From: Marsupella aquatica
Taxonomy: Eukaryota > Plantae > Marchantiophyta
Direction: 5' to 3'
Assembly (NCBI GenBank): GCA_973895155.1
Contig: OZ316892.1
Location: forward strand, 14,376,861-14,440,860
DNA: 64,000 nucleotides
The notes under the pieces are model-generated. The model was not told the origin of the DNA, did no database searches, and saw only the letters and a program-made list of their open reading frames with translations. Both the position numbers and the translations under genes were made by a program. Shown here one piece after another: positions 24,894 to 39,062 of this stretch (its first letter is position 1; each line of letters starts with the position of its first letter).

Positions 24894-26200
24894 TCATGCT
24901 CGTGCAAAGGATCCACTTTCTTTGGCGAAAACGAGCCCTTTGCCAGAAATGTTGAACATTTGGTCTAAGGTAAGTAACCGATGCTCACTGACATAGAAGT
25001 GTATGGAACGTCGAACATCTGCTCCAGTCCAGATCGCGCCTACTAAAGCTTCTTGATCAACCAATTTGTTTACCATTCAGGCAGGCTTTCTCTAGCCAGT
25101 ATGTGCGACCCTCAGAATTAATGTAGTCGCGTGCGTTTGTTTCCAGGGCCTGCTTACCACACCTCAAGAAATTCACTCTCTTCTCTTCTTCCAAGTACCA
25201 ATCCGCATTGGTTGAGCCTGATGATCTCTAATCGGTGGCACTTCCAGTGTGCTAAAGGGCTCTTACTGTGGAATATGTCCGATCAGTACGGTCCCAAGCT
25301 GAGAATTCAACATACCCAAAGCAAGACCAAAATCTGGAGCTATGTGGGATCTCCTTCACAATATTCCAAGGAGAAGGATGACAAAGTTGAACTGTAAGTA
25401 GCTCGAGTCCTAATGTCTACGTGAGCATATTTAGATGCGGATCGGCTAGGCAAACTTATTGGAAATCTTGATCAGATTGTTTCATTTCGTTCCTATCCAG
25501 GTCGTTTGACGAAAACCTTGCAGGCCCAATAAAGTTGATGTTGCCAGTAATTAGTCAAGTAGCTTGGAGTGACAATTATTTGGATGGCTGAGACTGAAGA
25601 GGAATGTGAAGGATGAAGATGATCCAGTGCTTTCTCTGGCGTGGCAAACAAGTAAGTTGGCCGTCCCACAAAAACGGTTTTGGCACAGCAGCTGTGATGT
25701 GTGTTACTAGAATATCGGTGCTGTCTTATGACCTTGAACAATGAGGCATTTGTTGTTTGCAGGCAGAATCCACAAGGACAAGACGTCAATCCATCAGCCT
25801 CAATTGTTGCACAGTGGTGTGGTTTGTTGATCATCTTCTCCACCTTCAAGTGTACCATCATCAAAGTTAACGGGGATTTTAGCAAACAGTTTTGTGAAGT
25901 GACAGCGATTTGCTGACTCCACTCACACTCAATCCACGCGGGCCAATCCAAAAGTATATAATCTCCATCGAAAAACCCTTCTCAGGAACGACGGTCGACT
26001 TTACTGACGGAAGAAGTAGGGATCGAGGCACCCAGACATGGATCTGAAAGCCATTGCAACAAAGTTACTTAGTTTTTTCCAGAAGGTGATTACTATGGTA
26101 GTCCAGTACAGAGCGTTTTCCTCTTCTTCGGGGGAAGGCCGATAATCCTCGTTGCCAGGAAATTTTTTCTGAAGACTATCATATGGCTTTTGTAAGTGCA
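24894..26200 (-). pseudogene. Decayed intronless gene, possibly F-box-associated beta-propeller type
   Basis: Chain of interrupted minus-strand frames with protein-like composition (e.g. RLNQCGLVLGRREESEFLEVW; MVNKLVDQEALVGAIW). The family assignment is weak. Confidence 0.25.
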
Positions 26201-26899
26201 CATCATGATTTAGTGTGTCTCCATTGCAAGTATTTTAGAATGCGTGGAACCAGGAACACATTATTTCACATCTTATTCTTGGTCTAAGGCCCATTTGCAA
26301 TTTTTCCAATGAGTGACTTCTACTACAACAGGTGTAGTTGTGCCATTAGCATGGACGCAGCGTCAGGAGCTATGTCGGAGTCTCGCCCCATATACTACAG
26401 GGTACGATCTCTCAATCTTTCTGTTTCAAATGCTTAGCTACTCATCTTAAGCGTGAAGATCAAACTAATTTTCGTCGCTGATTGATAAATGGAGACGACC
26501 GAATCAATTCTTGTAGAGCACGGCGGAATCCAACATTATTCCGAATGATGTTGCTGGCCGTGCTCTCAAATAATTTTCGTTCGTCAATGCAGGCACCGTG
26601 TACATGTTTCCGATCAGCAAAGTAGTTGTTGAAGAGGCATCGCTCGACATGACATTGATCCAGCTAATTATTACACTTAACCTAAAAGAAAATAAATTAT
26701 CCTTTTGTAAGGCAGAAAAAGATGGCAGTTCAGTCATTACAAAGCTTACTGACTTTATAGATAAGGCCCTGACAGAAAAGGCTGAAGCGGAAGCAAACTA
26801 GCACCCAGGGACGTGGACAGAGTCCCTACGACTTTATTGTCTGTCCAAGCCAACCTACCTGCTGCACTACGTCCTGAACTCCTCGTTGATCCTTTCTCG

Positions 26900-29800
26900 A
26901 TCTTTATCTAGAGTCAGGAGAAATTCTAGAATCGGAAGGAGGAACACAGCCCATCCGGAAAACTCAGTAAAAATAGACGATGCAAGAAATTTCGGCCTTG
27001 ATCGTACATACCCGCTCCTCCCAACACATTGTCTAGAATTGCTTCGAGGTTAAGATATTCAATACGTCCCGGAATGTGAAGTCCAAGTGCTAGTTATAGC
27101 AAATAAAGGGCAATTGCTTGTATCAATTCCATACTCTCGGAGTTGATTTATATAGAAGATTGTGAAGGACTGGCATGGACAGTATCTGCAAACGTAGGAG
27201 GAATTCAGGTGGAGCAGAATGAAGGATGACTATATGTAGAGCTTTTGATTCCAAGTGAAGCCCCTTTAATTCCAAATTTCAATTGCTGGGGAGCTGTGCA
27301 GACTGAGCAACCCATTAGGTGACACCTTTTCTCAAACTCGGGTTCGAGCTTCTGGTCGGGACTCAAGAGCATGAAATTCATTCGAGGCAAATTCGTTGAG
27401 AAGAAAACAGCACAGAATCGGACAGAAGCGCAGCAGAAAAACGTCGGACTTAAACTACATAACAAAATCTATGGCGAGTAGTGCAACACACCTTTGGTAG
27501 ACACAATGACAAGACCAACTCTCGTAACCCTAATTCAGCACAGTTGACAGGTGAGATCAGGTAATCGAGCGAACAAAATCGGACTATTTCTAGAGAATTT
27601 CGAGATACAAAACTTGTGAAGCCTTTGTGGACTAGATTGAACAACGAATTGTGAGGAGAGGGAGTAATCAAGATCTCTCTACCTTCACGTGAGCTCTGGA
27701 CGGGAAGACACGGCTGAAAATAGTACAGCTGGAGTCTCTGATTTTACATCTCAATTCAGTTCAATCCTCTAGCTAGTTAGTCTGAAAATTTCCCTATTCA
27801 TCCTCGAAATCTGAAGAAATTCATCGAGACTCAATCGTTGCGCTAAAGTCAACAGGACCAAGTGTATTCTACAAATGTATTGAAGAACCGATTGAAGAAT
27901 GTGTTGTATGACAAACAAGGCAACATAAGCAGTTCTTCGGTAGAGTCTTGAATCGAAGGGTGGAACCTCCTTCATGACAAGAAGGCAAGCATCTCTGTTC
28001 TTCCCTACCAAATCCATTCCTGCCTCGAAGAGGCTGTCTGCAAGTGAGGTACTGAATGTAATTGTTACTGGGCAGGCAAATCTCTACCGCTTGGGTGCTG
28101 TACGAGGGTCAACATTGGTTACTCCCCTCCATCGTTACGACCGTGAGCCGCTTGCCGACCTCGGGATTCCGGACACAAATCCTCCTCGAAGCTTTTCACG
28201 AGATTGATGGGCGGGTGATGCGTGTACAGCCTTCGTTGACTTAGCGTCGTCCTCTTGTGAACTACTCTCCTTAAACCCCAGTTCCTTCAAGTCTTGCCGG
28301 GCCATCAAATTTCGCTCCATGCGACACTCCAAATAGACTTTGGAGAGCTGCCTACAGTTCTCTGCATCATACTCGTTTTCCTTCAAACACTTCATGTATG
28401 TTTTCATTGCCTGATCACACTCGTGCAAGTGGTCCAAAGGAAACACTCCTTTCTCGGGTGGAACAGGAGTCAACCCTCGGTTCCCTCCAAATGCACCCCC
28501 TATGCTCGCCATGACAACTTAAGCTCCACACCGACAGCAACACTTCCTCAATCGCGGCGGGGCTCTGCTCAAGCCAGTTACACCGATAGCAATAGCGTAA
28601 GAAAGGGAACAGACTTGAACAGCCTTACGTGAGCCCAAGAATCCTGAGGTTGAAAGGGCAAAGGCAATATCATCGCCAGGTCCAGCCGCGTCTGCGGGAT
28701 TGAGAAGTCGGGAGGCGCAGGTGCTACTGATGACAAGAATAAGAGGATATTTGTAGGATGTGAGGCAGAGATCCTCAGGAAGCTGGTGGCAGAGATGAAA
28801 GCCAGTACACAGAAGAGCAGGCTTTGCTGGGGGAAATCAGACACTGCAGAGAATACTCGAGAGTGCGCAACATGTATTCAATGTCGGTCTTTCGGATGGC
28901 GATTGATCAATGGCTCGCGGAAGTAAGAAAAGACTCCTCGGAAACATCTATAGGCCTAAATATAGGAATAGGCCATATCCACAGTCAGATCTCAAGTAAG
29001 ATCCTGCGCAAAACAATAGCTGTAGTAATTCTAGAATCACAACCAACCACCCCAGATATCTTCTCACGCGCGACGGTGCTAAATCTGTTCTTCAGTACTG
29101 CAACGGACCAAATGAACATCCAGAGAAAGTATTCCACTATAGGTCGATCGATTACCAGAGAAAGAATCAACGCGATCAATCTTTGTCATTTGTTCCAATT
29201 TGAAACCAGTATGGGGTCACAAGTAAGTATTGGCTAAGTAAAGGCTGGCTTCCAATCTCCATATTAGTCCGTGCCAGTTTTGGCTGGGTATGGGCTAGTG
29301 TAATAAAAAAAGAAAGAGTCTTCTGCAAATCTCAATCGACCTGCAAGAAAACGAATGGGCCTGGCAAATTTCAACTGAAGAAAAACGATATCTGGTGAAT
29401 TTGATTTACAACTTTGGGAGCTCGAAGTGGGAGGCCATTCAATTTCAAACGAAAGGCCACAAACAAGCTGGGCAGTCCAATCAATCAAATAGTGCCATCT
29501 CTTAATAATGTGTAGCGAGGACAGGGACAAATGTCGATCCGGAGCAAGCAGGCCATACTAAGAAACGAAAGGCCGAGGACGCAGATGCGGGTTGGCAAGG
29601 AAGGAAGTCGCACGGAGGCAATCCGCAACCCCTCTCCCGTTTGAATCAGAATTTGCATTGCCGACATGGAAGTTACTGGAATTGTACCTGAGCCACTTCT
29701 CTCCAGTTCAATTTTGTTGATCGATCTTTTGCCGATCCAAGCTTGATTTCCGTAGGGATTATTCGACTTTTGCTCAGGAATCTGCTCAATCTGCAACAGC

Positions 29801-31460
29801 TCGGCCTCTTTTTATGGTCTACTTAGATGTGCCCTTGCAAGTCAAGTAGACAACGCAGATTGACAGTAAGGAGGCAGACCGATGTTTCCGCTCAAATGTT
29901 AGAGATTCGTTACATGTTGTTGAGCAGCTATATGAATTGAGTATGGCCGATCTGAGATGTCCTGCGAATGCCTCAACGATCTTCTCAAGGACTAGAGAAA
30001 ACCCTAAGCCCTGCCAGCTGTCTTAACGTTCATTCTCGGAGAATTAGTGGTTTGTTTTTCGAAGACCTACAGTAGATGTTTGGAAGCTCTGTAGCCAAAT
30101 GAACCCGATCCCATTGCACAGTCATGAGATTATAAGCTTTCTCCGAAGACAAATCTCTCTTCTAAAACGTTTCCCAGAGCTGAATGGTATCCACAGATGA
30201 CGGATACGCAGGAAAAGGAAGAATATATCGAAACTGTGAAAGAACGAAGCAGAGCAAATGGTTAATAAGCTGCGCCTTCCTCACTTTATGAAGACGATGG
30301 CGAATGACAATCCTCGACCCCTCGCATAGTAAATATTTGAAGATCTTCAATCTATAGTACTGACCTAGATTCAACTCAAATCTGTTGTCAGGAATCCAAC
30401 GAATTGACAGTTCTGCCATGTCGAGACATGTCCAAATGAAAGCTCAGTCATGACTAACATCAATTTAAAGTGAACAATGTCGAGACTTCTTCAAATGAAA
30501 GCCTTGGAGCATTGATTTTGGATAACTCCCTCCGCAGCGACAAAGGACATTTACACATTTATGTCTCTCGGGAGCCATGGAAGATTTGCCATCGGAAGAA
30601 CGAGGTCTGACATTCGAAGTCACGGTACAGCCCCAAAAACATTCGTTTGAAAGAACTCCTGAGTAGTACTGTTTTTGAAATGAATAAATGAAGTTTTAGA
30701 TGCGTCCATTACGTCTGAGTAAACCAGAAACATGCAAGCATCAGGAAAAGGAGACAAGCCGAATTTCTTTTTAATCTCTTCCAATATAAATGATGTCTCG
30801 GTCCCAGTAAGGGCTCTTTGCGCCATCATACTCCTTCTGAACTCACCGCAACGGAAAGCTCCTGAGGTACGCCTCTCTTCAGCTGTTCTAAATGGGCAAG
30901 CCTAAAGCCAACTTGGCCGACTAGCCAATTATATCAGCCCTATCCGTTTCTGGAGAATTAAGTTGAAGATCAGTTTTGGAGAGTCACTTGATTATTGCGG
31001 TCGGGCGACTGGTCGTGATTTCCGCACCATGAAAGCACTTGTCCACTTCTGTGCTAAGGACAAGTTTTCCTGACCTCCGGTAGTTTTCTCGTGAGACGTC
31101 AACTTAGAGCACTATTCAAGGAGCCTGGATATTCAATGTCCTCAAAAACACAGCCACCCCCTCTTTGCCTAAGAGGTGCGGTCTTCATAATAAATGATTT
31201 TGACTAAAACGGAACCATCAAAAAGGACTTCCAGAGATGGCCAAGCCATTTTAGTTAGCACAGAGTACTCAGGTTGTCAAAAACCTCGAATACACGGCCC
31301 AAACTGGGCAATTTTCTAAAAAGAGATTCGTTCTCGTACTCCTGTGAGCTTGACTAGACTCACGTTCGTCCTCTGCAATGTCGCTTCTTCGTCAAAAGAC
31401 AACAGCTGCTAGACAGCTTCTCTTCCCAATCACTCGGGGGCGCATTGAATGCCAGCCTGT
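26900..31460 (-). pseudogene. Highly decayed NB-ARC-LRR (NLR) gene
   Basis: Ordered degenerate motifs across frameshifts: P-loop-like IGKRSCLAAVVF (~31430), kinase-2-like CVFEDI (~31145), RNBS-B-like HGAEITTSR (~31020) and GLPL-like LALGLPI (~30900). LRR-like stretches follow: LLPRAIDQSPSERPTLNTCCALSSI (~28926-28852), LRELVLSLC (~27520) and IEYLNL (~27055). Confidence 0.5.
28135..28512 (-). CDS. COX19: Cytochrome c oxidase assembly protein COX19 (twin CX9C)
   Basis: MASIGGAFGGNRGLTPVPPEKGVFPLDHLHEC...C...C...C.M...LMARQDL..LGF matches the plant COX19 signature. The ORF is intact and intronless; a possible short 5'UTR intron lies at 28628-28565. Confidence 0.95.
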   Translation of the reverse strand: MASIGGAFGGNRGLTPVPPEKGVFPLDHLHECDQAMKTYMKCLKENEYDAENCRQLSKVYLECRMERNLMARQDLKELGFKESSSQEDDAKSTKAVHASPAHQSREKLRGGFVSGIPRSASGSRS

Positions 31461-33720
31461 GGCCTCTGTGAATCGTTGTATCTGAAACAATTACAACCAC
31501 CAAACTCAGATCAAAGACCAACCAATGACAAAAGGAAAAAATTCACGAGGTACAATAGCAATTTAACCATTTCAGAAATTCATTTCAATTCACAACGTTC
31601 AGTAAAGGGAGGCATGAACATAATAAACTGGCACTCATGGAAGTACCCTTGGCAGTTACACACAACCCCCAACGCAAGAGTGACTTAAAAAGCAGATACT
31701 GAACCTTCTGGATTGTGGGGATCCTCTACCATGAAGGTTTACTATCACAGATACCCTCTTCCTTCTACAGCCCCAAACAGAACGGTTGTCAATCTCTTCC
31801 AGATCCAATCCCTACTAAATCTCTTCCAGATCCAATCCCTACTAAGGACTGCCAGATCAAATTCTTTCTCGAAGGTGGACACCACAAATGAGGCCAAGAA
31901 GATTGGTACCAATTAACCTAAGCATCCAAAGAGGGATGCTCACAACAAAAGACGAGTTGGAAAAAGAAATTGGGTCATTGCCATGAACATATGACAACCG
32001 AAGTGGATACCCCATACAGCCTTCTCGTGCTGTAGGCAACGAGGGTCCTTAGTATGGTACCATGTCAAAGGCTACTACGGCTACCACATAAAAGGTCAGA
32101 TGTAGCTGACCCAGAACGAAAGTTTGGATCACAAAATACGAAGCCCACCTATAACCGCACTTTCTCTGAACATTGAATAGCTACATCTACTGCTCAGATA
32201 GCTTGCATCTTTAGGTTGAGAATGCCGGTGACAATGCAATCAATTCGCAAGTCAACCAGCCCCGTTGAAAATGTAATTTCACGGTGTATACGCAGAATAT
32301 AACAGTAGCACCAAAACAGGGGCAGCTATTCATAATTGCAGTAGCTTTCTAACCTCCGCAGTCACAAACATGTTAAGCCCCGAGTTAGAAATCCACCTGG
32401 TAACTAGAATTGATGCCCAAACCCGGGACACTAATTCCCAAGATAGAGCGTTGCCAAGAGGCTTGCGATTGAGATCTCCATGACCTATAACCACCCTGCA
32501 AGCATTGAACAACTTTAAACACCAATACCAAATCTACTTGGCCAGCGGCGAGCAGGAAAATCACAAGCAGGCGAGTTCTCCCGGACTACATCAACGGACA
32601 TTTGACAAGCAAAGAATGTTATCTACGATGGATGGTGGGGACTGGGCTTTCCCATCCTTGGTTCTGTACGTCTGAGACCGTCCGAAGATCATCTCAGGAG
32701 TTCCATAATAGAGCTCAAAGTAAGAGAGTTGGTACGATTCTAACTTCTCTCCACCAGCAATTACCAAGTCTAATTTAGAATTAAGTGTGTTGGTCCCCGA
32801 GAGAGAAACACGATCGCTGCTCACAAGAATCAAGGGAGCAGAATGTAATAGTGTGAAGATATCTCACGACCCAGCTCCACATCCGCTAATGTCATCTGAA
32901 ATCCGTCAGTGCTTCTAAAGATGAGGTACATTTCGCAGGGGCGGTTCCACAGTATCATATGGATGCAATATCATATGGAAAGGCTTCGGTGTGACTAATG
33001 TAGGTGTCTCGGTGAAGCAGTTCTGATACCTCGTCCTCGAAAACACACCTGCAGTATCCTCACAAAGATTCTTCGTTGTACCAATGTGTAGCAGATACGG
33101 AGCATTGTCTTTTCAGTTGGTAATGGGACTGGGTGGAAGACGAGACTCTAGGTTTTCAAGGTCACCCAACAGCAGACATCAAAGAGTCTAGCCAAGTTGA
33201 TCACTTGAATTTAGAAGAGACCATATAGCTCACTCAGATCTTTTGGCCGGACAGCATATACCGGTGTGAGAGAAAAAGCTCGAGCATAATATGACATCAC
33301 TGATTTTCTCGGCCAAGCCAAATGGGAGCTGTCAATGGTTAATCTGGACAGAGACAACGCTTCAGGGAAATAAATAGTCCCTAGCAGTGAATTAGTTGTA
33401 TTATTATCTTCAATTAATCTGTTCTTATTTTAAGCTTATAGCGCAAGAACATCTGTTTGGATGACTTACATCCTCTCCGTCCTGACCGGCTTCAGCTTCA
33501 TGACTTCCATTCACTAGTTCTGTGCTCCGCTGCTCCTGAATCGAGAGTTTAACAATTTCTTTCACCAAAAAGTTCCATGAACTAATTTGGTATTTAAACT
33601 AGTTTTATTTGTGACTTTAAGCGCGGCTAAATAGTCACGGTTTCCGGAGAAAATAGCTGAAGATACCAAAATGATAATATGGTAGTCTTCCGAAGGGTGA
33701 AAGTGTCGGTGAATTGAATA

Positions 33721-33938
33721 CAAGTTTAGAAGGATTATCAATCACTGACATTACAAGTACGTTTGTTTACAATCTGGAACGTTAGGTAGTTAACTCAGCT
33801 TCAATAACTCAACCTTAATATTCATGAAACAAGTTTAGAAGGATTATCAGTCACTGACATTACAAGTACGTTGTTTACAATCTGGAACGTTAGGAAGTTA
33901 ACTCAGCTTCAATAACTCAAACCTAATATTCATTAAAC
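33721..33938. repeat. 109-bp tandem duplication
   Basis: 'caagtttagaaggattatca.tcactgacattacaagtacg...tcagcttcaataactcaa' at 33721 and 33830. Confidence 0.9.
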
Positions 33939-34228
33939 CAGCCCAACGTACTTGAAACGCACTAAGCTGGCATGTGCTTCAGTTTTGTGCTGACGATATG
34001 ATTGAAGTCGCTACCGCAAGAGGGGAGTAAACAAGATGGATACCTGACATTCATATACTAGGAAGGACAACGGTAACTCCACAAGTTCTTAATAGGGTTG
34101 CACCGAGGACGCACATCACCACATCTTGATCTCTGACTGGATGTTTACGACGCGTGCCCAGTGATGACATTCCAGGCCTTGTAATTTCTGAATGAGATGA
34201 AAATCGTACGAGTGAGGGGAAGACTTAC

Positions 34229-37200
34229 AGAATCTACAGCTTCATCTTCAGCAAGGCCGCCCATGTAGTAAAGTGCTTCACCAACAACTGCTACAGCTCC
34301 ATATGCTCGCTGGCAACACATTGGGTGGCCCTGTATACCAAGGTGGTCAGAATGTTCCAAACAATATTGATATGCAGCTCCCTCGTAGCATTTAAGCTTC
34401 ACATTGCATCCTGATGCACATGACGTAAGAATTCGACCATCCCTGAACCCAATTGAACTAATATCAAAGCACATCACCGTTTGCTTTGGCTATATGAAGA
34501 AGATCCAATATGATCCTTATGGTAAGACTGACCCACACAGAACTACCTAGCTGATACCGGCACACGACGACTTGAGAACTGAGAGGGAAGTCAGTTTGGC
34601 CTACCATTTCCCAACGCCCTGCTCGAGGATCAAAAGTTTCGACCACATCCAAGATACTGTCACCATCGTATCCCCCGAGGGCATATCTGTGAGCATGATT
34701 GATTAGTCTATGTCGTTCATATACCAAATAAAGTGGAAACCCTTCACGCAGAGATAATAACAGCAAGAAGATATGGATGTGCCTATGGGTCATTGGTCTA
34801 ATTCTGTCATTCAGATAATGAGTCAAGTGGAAACCCTTCAAGCTGGGATAATCAATGCAAGGATATGCTCCAAGTCATGGGACGTATTGTGACTAGCAAT
34901 AATGCCCCACGAGAAGGGGAACTTACATTTTCCCGTTCAGAACTGCAGCAGAGAGGCTACCACGCTTTATACTCATTGGTGGCATCCTAGTCCACAGAGC
35001 CTCACGGGGATCAAAACGCTCCATCGACCTGTCAATTCAATTGAAATGGTTTCATGTTTACACATGGGCACATCATTCCTATGAAAGAGAAAATGATCGG
35101 ATAAATGATTTCTACGTCAGATCGAAGCCAACACACTGCTATAACTTTAGTATGGTAATCCTATACGGCGCATGCTGAGTCCCTTGTGAGAACGCTCAAG
35201 GGGAGGAACCTGTTGAGGAGATAGCATATTTCAAACTCACATAAGGTACTGTTCTCCATCAAAGCCACCTAAGGCATACAATGCTCCCCCAAACTCGGTT
35301 GCTGCCACACAGAAGCGCTGCCAAGGGGACAAAAAATGTGTCCATCATTGAAAAGTCGAAGACCAGAGAAAACGGACGTCAACAGTGACGCTACACAAAG
35401 TCTCAGGTTTAACTTAAAATAAGTAAATTTGGTTTGCTATGCAGAGACATACATGCGATCGAGATTCGTGGAATTACCTTCTCAAACATCGAAGTGCACG
35501 GTAACCATGTCCCAAGGTATGGATCATAGCTTTCCACCTCCGAAAAGCTCACCTGCCCGTTCCCCCCGCCCACTGCAAAAATTCGATCACCCACGGTAAC
35601 ACCACCTAGACTTCCACGTTTTGTCTTCATGTTTGCACAAGAACGCCACTGGTCGTCTCGCCGATCATACCTCTCAACTGCACACAAAAGATTTCATCCA
35701 TCACCAAGTACAATGTACAAGTACTTTGTTTGAGACATAACACTTTACTTCCATGGTACAATAAAAGCTTCATTCATTCTCCATCACATCTCGACGAATG
35801 AAATCTACCACCCACTTCAATCCGATCTCCATCAAGAAAGAAGCACGGGTTAGTAAGAAACACACCAAGCTTGGTCCAATCTACTCACCAGTATCGTACC
35901 AGGACGACCCGTCTCCACCTCCAAACACATATATATGCCCATCAAGTACACTGGCACCTGCACAGCAGCGGGGAGTGAGCATAGGTGCTGCAGTTTTTAG
36001 TCGGTCAGCCGCTGGAGACCAAACCATCACACTCTCCAGCCTAGACAGTTGATCCCCCAGCCCGCCGATTAAGTAAATGGCAGGCGGTATTTGATTTTCC
36101 GGAAGTTCAACGGTGACTAATTGAGATGAGCCACTCTCTTGGAACCGCTCTAACTTTTCTCGTGCCCCCGAGAATTCTAATTGTCTCCGAAGATCCGCCA
36201 CTTCCTTCTTTAAAGCTTGTATCTCAGCAGCCATAGTGACCTGCAGAGTGAATAAACAACCATAATTCAATTGAGAACAAGAAGCGAAAGCAAGAGCACC
36301 AAAAAAGTCTCTAAGTTTCATCTAACAATGAACAAATAGCGAGACCTTAAGGTAGTGCCAGTTAAGCTACAACGTCATTCAGAGATCTAATGAAGAACTC
36401 ACAGAGCCAGTTAAGCTACAACGTCATTCAGAGATCTAATGAAGAACTCATAGCTTAAGAGCTCCCAGTTTCGTTCAATAGTGCTTTTGAAAATTCTAAA
36501 CCGTCGGGTCATCTCTACGTTCTGTTGAGATAGATGATCCCATTAGACCAAAAGGTTAAAACAAATGAGAGTTACATTGAGTTGTTCGCTTCCGATGTTA
36601 GCCAGTAGACGTACTGGAATAGAATACTCGTCATGCTCTGCAGAACTATTTTCCAAAGAAACAGGAGGCTCTACCGTTGACAACTCGTTCTTCCTTAACT
36701 GCTTAGGTACTCAAAGAAGTTCTGGGAGCTAGATACTAACAGAAAATAGTTCACAATGAGTGAATTCTTTTTTTCCCTGATGACTTTCTGCTCTTACTCC
36801 ATAAGGGATCTGGACAATCTAGTTTCATTCAGCTCAGTATAGTAGTCGGACGCCTCAAGAATTCGTCAGAATTCCCCTTGACGTTGGATTCAGATGACAT
36901 TAAGAATTCTCTCAGCTATGAGTATGTTAGGCTCAGGCCGTGCTTGAATGCCCTCTGATGGCAAGACTATTAGACACTTTCTGACGTCAGAATCATCCAA
37001 CAGTACCTGCGAGCTTTCCAAGGTAGCGACACGCTCTAGTTCCTCTGGTCGCATTCTGGCTTCATCCAAAATACGCCGTAGCTCTATTCCATCTTGCCGC
37101 ATCTTTTTCAACACAGCCATGGAAAACACACAGCATGAGTTAAGCCATCCAAACGAAAGAGTTTGCAACGAATGACGATAAAACATTCAATCTAAAAGCT

Positions 37201-39062
37201 GTAATTACAACCGTATACCTGAGCGATAGCCATGGCATAAAGGTCCAGATTCTTCTGCACGGTCTGTCCAATAGAGTAATCTAGTACACTCAAAGTAGCA
37301 CTCAGCTTCTCTCGTTCTTCCCTTAGAAGAGCCTGTTCTTGGGCGCTTCTGTCCCTCGCGATCCACTCCCATTCTGTAATTGCATCATTTGGGTTTCTTA
37401 TCGCGAGTTCTCCTTCTCTTTGTGCTTGTATTGGGGGAACCTGCTGTTGTTGTGGAGTTTGTGTTTCTTTTGCCACACTCGTGACTACTTGACTTATTTT
37501 TCCCAACCTTGTCAAAATTTCGCTAGCTACTTCTTTCTGAGAGGCAGTCAACTCTGTTCTACCACTCACTCCTTCTGAAATAGAAGACTGCGGCTCCGAT
37601 GATCCGCTTAGCTTCGGTTTGTAGCCATTTGCCAATCTCATTTGTACAACGGGATCCAGTTCTGGCTTGTCATTGCCTGAAACTCGCCTCATTTGAGCTT
37701 CTGAGGTTATTTCTGGACCTTTATAACTTGTCTGAAGGTCATCACTTTCATCTGAAAGGCTTTCATCGCCGTTCATGGGTCGCCTAGTCCAATAATTTTG
37801 CTGGTGAAGTATTGTATCGTCATCTGGAACCTCTTTAGAAGAAGACGGGATATACTGCGCTTTCCCATCTTCCGAGATAACTACTTTCGCAGGCTGCTTC
37901 AACTTGTCGTCAGCATCTCTTGACTTCCAAACTTTACTGGGAGTGGCAGGCTGCCAGGCACTAAGTGGAGTCTTTGGAACTGCTGGCCTGTACGTATGAG
38001 TTACTGCTCTTTCTTCGAAAAGCTTGATAAGTCGATCAGTTTGCTCGTTATCAACTTCAAAATAAAATCGCCCTTCCTCATAGTAACTGTCGATCAGTAC
38101 GTCTTTGAAAACACTCTCAGGCACAGAGATCAGCCGTGAGAAATCTGACCTAAGTTTGACTTTTACCTGATTGAAAAAGCCACATAAAAGTTGAAGTCAA
38201 GCGTCCTTTGTTAGAGAAAAAGGGCAAAGACTCTTAGAGGACCAGGTCGAGTGGCTCAGATCAGAGCTCATTAGTCTTCGGCCACAGATGGACACATAGA
38301 TAAGTTCCAGGAACCTGCCGCGGAGAGCATCGAACCTAGTGAGGGCAAATGACACACCATACAACTACCTCACTGATAAACGAAGACGAGAATAGGTCCA
38401 TTTTCATGTGTGTACTAACGAACAGATCATATTAGTGAGATATCTACCATTGACACTTCACGGCCCTACGTTAACATGGAACCAAGATTGACACTCTGCC
38501 TTGAAAGAAGTAACGGTTGATTTTTCTATATTAATAGTTTTTTGGGGACGTACTTGAGCGGGATAACTCGTTCGAGCCCCGTCGGTACCACCAGTCCACG
38601 CATAATGGCTAATGTTGAGAGCTCCGTCAGACACAGCCTCAAAAATGCCGTGCATCTTCCTCTCGGTGTAGTTAAAGAGGAATATCGGCATACCCACCAC
38701 AATGTGCTCCACATAGGTGATGTGCGACATTGGTAAGCCTGCACGATTCAACTTTGCATTAGCTTCTCAAAAAATAATCGGTCGGGCACAATATTAACTA
38801 TCTTCTCCGGGATCCCTGAAGTGATGACTCATGATAAATTTATACCAGGACTCTTCACAACCAATAAGTAAATTCTGAAAGCAAAACAAGTACCGAAGAT
38901 TTTGTTGGTAATGCACTCATTGTATGTGGCAGTAGTACACCCAAAAATAACGGAACCAAGCCTATTCCTCTCTGCCAGTTTACGTTGAGGAGCAACTTTG
39001 TGGCCACTTCCTCCGGCCGCCGAATTATAATGGACCGTCTCCGTTCGCCTCCCGGCACCCAT
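34229..39062 (-). CDS. DCD (development and cell death) domain plus coiled-coil plus Kelch-repeat protein; terminal exon not resolved
   Basis: GT-AG exons 39062-38894, 38738-38554, 38166-37219, 37102-37007, 36240-35889, 35677-35478, 35317-35241, 35028-34927, 34686-34605 and 34330-34229 stay in frame. DCD motifs: MGAGRRT, GSVIFGC...T..EC...FGLP, GMPIFLFNY..RKMHGIFEA, YPAQV. Kelch motifs: IYVFGGGDG, IFAVGGGNG, LYALGGFDG, IYALGGYDG. Confidence 0.93.
36357..36450. repeat. 49-bp intronic tandem duplication
   Basis: 'gccagttaagctacaacgtcattcagagatctaatgaagaactca' at 36357 and 36406. Confidence 0.9.

Noticed and set aside
26489-26801. Short plus-strand protein-like frame
   Set aside because: It has an in-frame stop upstream and no recognisable family or splice support.
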